IMG/VR virus record: IMGVR_UViG_3300032285_001531
DNA length: 64,000 nt
Source: a virus
Lineage: Duplodnaviria; Caudoviricetes
Reading direction: 5' to 3' (one strand)
How positions within the stretch are numbered: the stretch's first letter is position 1; each line of letters begins with the position of its first letter. Position numbers and translations under genes: made by a program. A model generated the notes under the pieces. The model saw only the letters and a program-made list of their open reading frames with translations. It made no database searches and was not told the origin of the DNA. Shown here one piece after another: positions 58,081 to 64,000 of the stretch.

Positions 58081-60407
58081 AATACACACGCTTCACAGTT
58101 TTCATCATCTAGATCATCTAGTGGATCAAGTTTAGTAAACTCAATCACATTATCCTCTTTTAATGCCGCTTTCGAACCCATCTTATTAATTAAACTATAA
58201 TAGATAGTTTTTAATCCCCATTTATATGCTAACATAAGATTCTTAGCAATTAATGTTGCACTTACTTTACCATCAGTAAAGTGTGCTGGATTGTAGAAAG
58301 TGTTAGTACTTATGCTCTGGTCGATGTACGCTGCTAAAACTGCGCTAGTTTTTAAGTAGTCTAGGCAATCACGTTGATCCCACATCAACTGATAACGGTT
58401 CTTTAGTTTCTTGTACTCCGGAACTACTTGTACAAAACTACCCGCTTTACTTTCTTTAACTGAGATTAGTTCCATTGGCATTTCAATACCGTTAGTACTA
58501 TTCAATACAACTGAACTACTCTCAACAGGAGCAATAGCCATTAGTGTTGCATTTCTAATACCGTATTGTAATAAGTCTTGTCTTAATGGTTCCCAATCCA
58601 TGCTAGGGCTAAAATCAGTCAACTCGTTGACACCTTGACTTCTACGCTCCCAAGGGAAAACACCTTTGCCATAATATGTTTGATTTGATAGTTTGCATGA
58701 ACCACGTTCTTTAGCTAACTCTACACTAGATTCAGTAAGATAATATGCTTGATGTTCCATCCAACGTTTAACTTCTGCTAGTGCTGCATCTTCTCCATAA
58801 CGTAGATGACGCTTTGCATGCCAGTACGCTAAGTTAGTAATACCAACACCTAGTGGTTCAAAATCTTCGTTAGCTAGTTTACTTTGAATTGACAAGAAGT
58901 CCTGATATGTTAATAAGTTACTTAGACTACGGACTAATACACGACATGCTTTACGCATATCTTGTGGATTCTTAAATGCTCCCCAATTAATTGAACCTAA
59001 TGTACATAATGCGATACGACCATTGCTATCTTCTATACGCTGAAATGGCTTTGTTGGTAACAAGATTTCTTGACATAGATTACTTTGATAGATTGGATTA
59101 ACTTTAGTATCAAAAGGACCTTGATTGATAACGTTATCAATGTTTACTAGATAGATACGGCCTGTATCTGTACGCTCTTTTAAGATACCATTCTTAAATA
59201 TTTCTACTGCCGGTAATACTTTCTTGCGTAAATTCTTCTTATGTTCATATAGATTATACAAACGTTCAAATTCTTCACTATCTCTATAGTATGCTTCATA
59301 CATGTCAGGAACTTCTGCAGGATCAAACAATGTAATGTTCTCGTTATTCTTATAACGATTCCAAAACATCTTATTGACTACAACTGAATAATCCATTTGA
59401 CGTACACGTGTTTCTTCTGTACCTTGATTGTTCTTTAATACGATTAAATCTTCGAACTGATAGTGCCATATAGGGAATGTAACTGTACAACTTGCGTTAC
59501 GCACACCGCCTTGACTGCAACTACGTAGATCACCGAACCATTTCTTTAAGAAAGGAATCATGCCTGTATGTTTTATCTCACCGTTACGAATTGGTGCGCC
59601 TAGTGGGCGAATACGACCTATCTCTAATCCTATGCCTGCACGTTTGCTGGCATACTTTGCCATCATTTCTCCAGCGGCAAAAATAGAATCGAGAGTGTCA
59701 TCACTAGTAATAAGTACGCAAGAACTAAACTGCTTAGTAGTAGTGCCCAAGCCAGCAAGAACGGGGGTAGCAAGAGTGAAATGACCATCACTAGCACATT
59801 CGTAATAATCTTTAACATATTTTAACCTTTTAGTTTTGTCCTCATTATGAAACGCAGTGGCGGCTGCAATAGCGTATCTAACTTGAGGGCTTTCATAGAT
59901 TTTACCAGTAGCACGATTCTGTACTAGATACTTCTCTGCTAACTGTGCGATAGCAGCATAAGTGTAGCTTTCATCTTTGCTATGGTCAATGAATAGGTCA
60001 ATGATATCCCATTCTTCTTTAGTATACCAATCCAATAGTTCACTAGTATACATACCGTGTTCTATATTAGTCTTAACTATTTCATATAACGAAGGAGGTT
60101 CATACTGACCATATACTTCTTTACGCAACATACTAACTTTTTGGCGACCAGCTACATATTGATAGTTTACGTTGTTTATATCTTCATTCTCAGATTCATC
60201 TATCAGATCAACCATAGCTTTGAGTAACAATTCATCAATTGTTTCTGTACTCATGCCATCGTGTAATTGAATTTGTGCTTTGATTTCTATCATGCTCGGG
60301 CTAACGTTATCTATACCCCTGCACCCGTATGCTACTTGTCGTTGAATTTTGCTTATGTCTAAAGGAACTGATTCCCCATTTCGTTTAATTACTTGTATGT
60401 TGTTCAT
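58077..60407 (-). CDS. nrdA: Ribonucleotide reductase class Ia alpha subunit
   Basis: ATP cone, QFSSC, SNLCQE, KTIYY, C-terminal CEAC. Confidence 0.97.
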   Translation of the reverse strand: MNNIQVIKRNGESVPLDISKIQRQVAYGCRGIDNVSPSMIEIKAQIQLHDGMSTETIDELLLKAMVDLIDESENEDINNVNYQYVAGRQKVSMLRKEVYGQYEPPSLYEIVKTNIEHGMYTSELLDWYTKEEWDIIDLFIDHSKDESYTYAAIAQLAEKYLVQNRATGKIYESPQVRYAIAAATAFHNEDKTKRLKYVKDYYECASDGHFTLATPVLAGLGTTTKQFSSCVLITSDDTLDSIFAAGEMMAKYASKRAGIGLEIGRIRPLGAPIRNGEIKHTGMIPFLKKWFGDLRSCSQGGVRNASCTVTFPIWHYQFEDLIVLKNNQGTEETRVRQMDYSVVVNKMFWNRYKNNENITLFDPAEVPDMYEAYYRDSEEFERLYNLYEHKKNLRKKVLPAVEIFKNGILKERTDTGRIYLVNIDNVINQGPFDTKVNPIYQSNLCQEILLPTKPFQRIEDSNGRIALCTLGSINWGAFKNPQDMRKACRVLVRSLSNLLTYQDFLSIQSKLANEDFEPLGVGITNLAYWHAKRHLRYGEDAALAEVKRWMEHQAYYLTESSVELAKERGSCKLSNQTYYGKGVFPWERRSQGVNELTDFSPSMDWEPLRQDLLQYGIRNATLMAIAPVESSSVVLNSTNGIEMPMELISVKESKAGSFVQVVPEYKKLKNRYQLMWDQRDCLDYLKTSAVLAAYIDQSISTNTFYNPAHFTDGKVSATLIAKNLMLAYKWGLKTIYYSLINKMGSKAALKEDNVIEFTKLDPLDDLDDENCEACVL

Positions 60408-60417
60408 TTCTCGCCTG

Positions 60418-60852
60418 TTATATTTTTTTTAGTAATGTTGCTATATCGATGTGTTTTTTGACCGTAAAGTCTTGTAGACAGTTATTTACTACCGTATCGG
60501 GCCAGTAATTAAGTACATATTTTGCGTTATCTACTAGGACTAGTACCACATCGTTACCAAAACTGTCAGTGGCCTCAACGATTTTAACGTCATCAATTCC
60601 ACTCATGTGTAGAGTATAACACATTCCTAACGCTCTTGCAACTGTACAATAGGTATTTTCTACCAGAAGTTCCCATGGACTGGGCCAGTTATATATGTCA
60701 TAGATGTGAAGATAATGGGTAAGAAGTGGAGCTTTTTGCCACCATGCATCCACTTCTATACATTTGGATTTGATATCAAGGTCTATTATTTGCTGCTTTA
60801 AATCATGCCAATTTTGTAATCTTGTTTCGTAATCAACCTGAAAAATGTTCAT
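60418..60852 (-). CDS. Hypothetical protein
   Basis: WPSPWELL...YC..ARALGM.YT. Confidence 0.6.
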   Translation of the reverse strand: MNIFQVDYETRLQNWHDLKQQIIDLDIKSKCIEVDAWWQKAPLLTHYLHIYDIYNWPSPWELLVENTYCTVARALGMCYTLHMSGIDDVKIVEATDSFGNDVVLVLVDNAKYVLNYWPDTVVNNCLQDFTVKKHIDIATLLKKI

Positions 60853-61606
60853 TTATTGTTTTTGTTAACTTAGATAAATCAGCGCACGTATATTTTTGAT
60901 AGCTATTTTTTAAATGTTCCGGCATTGGAATTTTCTTAACAGGTACATCAAATATGTTAGCTATGTCTAAGAAACTCTTAGTATAGCCTGAACCAACATT
61001 GAAAATTCCACTCTTATTTATGTTAAAAAATTTCTTATGAATATCAATTACATCACTCACGTGAATGAAGTCACGCTTATAATTCTCACTACCTTCAAAT
61101 ACATCAATGAATCCATTTTCTATTGCTTGCTTTTTAAACTGATAGAACGGACTTGCTTGTGTACCTTTGTGGTGTTCTCCTTCAGGACCATATACATTAA
61201 AGTACCTGAATATCTGCACTAAAGCAGTTTGCTTATGTTCAGTTAGATATTTTTCAAACATATATTTACTCCATGCATATGGAGTTCTAGGATCAACAGG
61301 TGCTTTTTCATTAAACTCTGACTTCAATCCATATATACTTGCTGAACTAGCGAATTGGAAGTTAACTTCATGATGTCTACAATCTTTATATAACTCTACG
61401 CTAAAGTCATAGTTCTGCTCCATAATCTTTTCTACATCTGTTTCCGCAGTAGAACTGATTGCACCTAAATGAATTACCCAATCGTACTTATGTACTTTTG
61501 GATAGTCATCACCCCATTCGTATGTGTCTACTTTATGTTCATCTTGCAATGCGGTGACCATATGACCGCCAATGAAACCTTTATGACCTGTTACTAATAT
61601 CTTCAT
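60833..61606 (-). CDS. hldD: ADP-L-glycero-D-manno-heptose 6-epimerase-like
   Basis: TGHKGFIG, HLGAISST.E, ASSASIYG, YAWSK, RYFNVYGP.EHHKG. Confidence 0.8.
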   Translation of the reverse strand: MKILVTGHKGFIGGHMVTALQDEHKVDTYEWGDDYPKVHKYDWVIHLGAISSTAETDVEKIMEQNYDFSVELYKDCRHHEVNFQFASSASIYGLKSEFNEKAPVDPRTPYAWSKYMFEKYLTEHKQTALVQIFRYFNVYGPEGEHHKGTQASPFYQFKKQAIENGFIDVFEGSENYKRDFIHVSDVIDIHKKFFNINKSGIFNVGSGYTKSFLDIANIFDVPVKKIPMPEHLKNSYQKYTCADLSKLTKTINEHFSG

Positions 61607-62084
61607 AATATTCTAGTTCCTTAATAGTAGTTCTCCAATTACCATTGTGTAGTATAGCTATACCACCAGCAGCACGCCATTCTGTTATATTACTACGGCG
61701 ATCATCAATCAGTATGTCACCCTTCTTGCAATGTACATGTTTATCTTTACTAAATGGACCGAACATTACAGGTATATCAGGGAACCATAACTGTGCCCAC
61801 ACAACTTTATCTGTAAATGCCCAAGGAACATCATTGCCTTTTGGAACTGCTGATAAAAACTTTAATTGATATTTTTTATGTCCGCAGAAATCTCTGCAAT
61901 AATTTACTAATTGATCTGCGTAGGGTGTTTTGATCAAGTCTCTATAGAGCCTAGTATTACTTGCTAATTTATACCATGTTTCATCAGGATATATTCCTTC
62001 ACTAGGAGGCAGTCCTAATGTACGTGCCGCATACTCATCAAAGTCTGCTACAACTCCATCCATATCTAAATATAACGTTTTCAT
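61581..62084 (-). CDS. 5'(3')-deoxyribonucleotidase-like HAD hydrolase (second paralog)
   Basis: YLDMDGV, LIDD. Confidence 0.8.
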   Translation of the reverse strand: MKTLYLDMDGVVADFDEYAARTLGLPPSEGIYPDETWYKLASNTRLYRDLIKTPYADQLVNYCRDFCGHKKYQLKFLSAVPKGNDVPWAFTDKVVWAQLWFPDIPVMFGPFSKDKHVHCKKGDILIDDRRSNITEWRAAGGIAILHNGNWRTTIKELEYYEDISNRS

Positions 62085-62437
62085 TTTTGACTATCACCCG
62101 GCATTACTCTATAATTATCTTCTACACTATCCGGAGTGCTTACTTCAATTATAGTACCTTCTTCTATGCAAGTTAATTGATGCGGTGACAAAGGTTCATT
62201 ATGCCAAACATCTCCCTGCTGTAATTCAAATTGTTTTTGACTAGCATCTTCTGTATTGATTATTGTCACAATAAACTTACCACTTAACACTAGCCATGTT
62301 TCATCCTTCTCAGAATGAAAGTGCATACTAAATTGTGAGTTGGATTTAAAGTTTAATAGTTTACCACAATATTTGTCGTTTGTAGCAAAGATGACCTCAT
62401 TGCCCCAAGCTTTTTCTACTACACCTTCTAAACGCAT
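62081..62437 (-). CDS. Cupin domain protein
   Basis: KAWGNE, SMHFH..KDETW, PH...EVST. Confidence 0.75.
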   Translation of the reverse strand: MRLEGVVEKAWGNEVIFATNDKYCGKLLNFKSNSQFSMHFHSEKDETWLVLSGKFIVTIINTEDASQKQFELQQGDVWHNEPLSPHQLTCIEEGTIIEVSTPDSVEDNYRVMPGDSQK

Positions 62438-63207
62438 GATATCTCCTCTAACGTAGGGGCATAAACGCCTGTGTGTTGTACTGTGACTGCACTAGCACGA
62501 ATAGCAAACTTTATAGCTTCATCTATATTGCCGTGTGTGACAAGATATTGATATGTTAATGCAGCTAAAAAAGTATCGCCTGCACCACATACATCAGTCA
62601 CATCTATATTAGGTGCAGGATAATCTTTACCTTTATATGATGCACCATGTTTACCTATAGTAACTATCAAGTTGCTGCACTCTGATTTAATCTTAGTATA
62701 TTCTAAACTATTGATCTTTACAAACGCACCTTCTAGTCTAGCTAGGTCTGTTTTCTTAGTGTCGATGAATATAGGCTTAGGACTAAAAGTAACTATAAGT
62801 TTTTCAATTATCTCATAGTCAATGAATCCTTTGTCGTAGTCTGATATAACAACTGCATCACATGAATCTATTAAGGATAGACTAAATCCCTCAAATTTAG
62901 TTGGTTTGGTTATGTAATCATCATCTACTCTTAATAGTTGCTGCTTGCTACGCATATCTAAAAATCTAGTTTTAGTTGATTCGGGACCTCGTTGAAAGTT
63001 TACTTCACATCCTAATGCTTTTAAGTTCTGATGTACGTTGCCTGCCATACCCGGCTTTGTTTCTTTGTGTGTAGGTACAAACACAGGTACAGGTGCTTCG
63101 GGACTAATTCTATCAACTAGTCCATATTGATATACGTCAGTGCATCCATCACCTAGTAATAATATCTTGAATTTTTTTGGTTGTTGAGTAGTCATCGATA
63201 ATATCAA
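62428..63207 (-). CDS. HldE/RfaE kinase domain (PfkB family)
   Basis: RISPEAPVPV, ISDYDKG, DVCGAGDTF. Confidence 0.88.
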   Translation of the reverse strand: MILSMTTQQPKKFKILLLGDGCTDVYQYGLVDRISPEAPVPVFVPTHKETKPGMAGNVHQNLKALGCEVNFQRGPESTKTRFLDMRSKQQLLRVDDDYITKPTKFEGFSLSLIDSCDAVVISDYDKGFIDYEIIEKLIVTFSPKPIFIDTKKTDLARLEGAFVKINSLEYTKIKSECSNLIVTIGKHGASYKGKDYPAPNIDVTDVCGAGDTFLAALTYQYLVTHGNIDEAIKFAIRASAVTVQHTGVYAPTLEEISCV

Positions 63208-63541
63208 AAAACACTAATTCTTTACAAACATCTTCACCGATGATTGATTTGCCTTTGTAATCACTGCCTTTTACCATAGCATCATGTGCACCTATTATAG
63301 ATTCTAATTCTTCATCAGTATCAAAAATAAAAACATTAGCTACGCATTTTAGATTTAGCAATAATTCTGCACGTTCTTGTTGTGCATTAACAGGTCTATC
63401 TTCGCCTTTTAATTTTTTAACTCTTTCATCACTATCAATAGCAATGTTCAATTCATCACCTAATGTTCTAGCATGATTAAGCATAGCTAGATGTCCGTGA
63501 TGTAATATGTCAAATGTTCCGTTTACGATTATTTTTTTCAT
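63149..63541 (-). CDS. HldE/RfaE nucleotidyltransferase domain
   Basis: GTFDILHHGH, SDERVKKLKGEDRP, KGSDY, STT. Confidence 0.88.
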   Translation of the reverse strand: MKKIIVNGTFDILHHGHLAMLNHARTLGDELNIAIDSDERVKKLKGEDRPVNAQQERAELLLNLKCVANVFIFDTDEELESIIGAHDAMVKGSDYKGKSIIGEDVCKELVFFDIIDDYSTTKKIQDIITR

Positions 63542-64000
63542 ATAAATTTAAAGTTAGGGTCGTGTACTACATGTTCAGGAACTACATCTTTATATAAGAT
63601 TGTAACTACCTCTCCATTTATTTTGTTAATCAATGCATTTATATTTAGATCGGATAGTATCTGTGACATAGATTTTTTAGTGAATCCTGTCTTATGTGCC
63701 ATTGGCTCACCAAATCTCTGAACTAATACACGTGAACTATACAATATATCGATTGGGCATATAGGACCAACTGAACTATCATATACCGGAGTAAACAAAT
63801 CTTCCTCAATCATGTGTGCAATACTACCAATATCAGGTACACGCAATACTGCAAATCCATCTTTCTTTAAGACACGTAATATTGACTTAAATAAGTCAGG
63901 TAATTGATGAAAGTAAACATGTTCTACAACATGACACGCCCATAATGCATCTACACACTCATCCGGTACTTCTTTCATGTCAACAATGTCACTAATAATA
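63538..64000 (-). CDS. SAM-dependent methyltransferase (5' part outside window)
   Basis: CHVVEH, RVLKKDG...VPD; frame stays open to the window edge. Confidence 0.75.
   Translation of the reverse strand, partial: IISDIVDMKEVPDECVDALWACHVVEHVYFHQLPDLFKSILRVLKKDGFAVLRVPDIGSIAHMIEEDLFTPVYDSSVGPICPIDILYSSRVLVQRFGEPMAHKTGFTKKSMSQILSDLNINALINKINGEVVTILYKDVVPEHVVHDPNFKFI

Overview
AT-rich 64 kb slice of a large T4-like (contractile-tail) bacteriophage genome, read in the standard genetic code. There is no rRNA, no CRISPR array and no host housekeeping synteny. Phage hallmarks: two long tail-fibre genes, a PAAR spike, class Ia nrdA/nrdB plus glutaredoxin, homing endonucleases, 16 tRNAs, near-consensus sigma70 promoters on the minus-strand small-ORF region, and a recurrent (T/A)TAAATA late-promoter motif. 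Host-like accessory genes include csgG/csgF, infA, rpoZ, dnaK, ppiC, erpA, sod, rubrerythrin/rubredoxin, a PBP7-like peptidase and ADP-heptose enzymes. Most notable: (1) a 23-aa PqqA peptide gene with its own RBS and terminator, missed by the ORF track; (2) a ~17 kb cluster of 7 radical SAM enzymes, 6 2OG-Fe(II)-type oxygenases and several tailoring enzymes with no known product; (3) several proteins with T4 capsid-targeting-like N-termini, possibly head-packaged effectors; (4) a tRNA-Thr with an A34 (AGU) anticodon; (5) two structured intergenic ncRNA candidates. Family assignments come from motif recognition by eye, not database searches. A proteobacterial host is an inference only.
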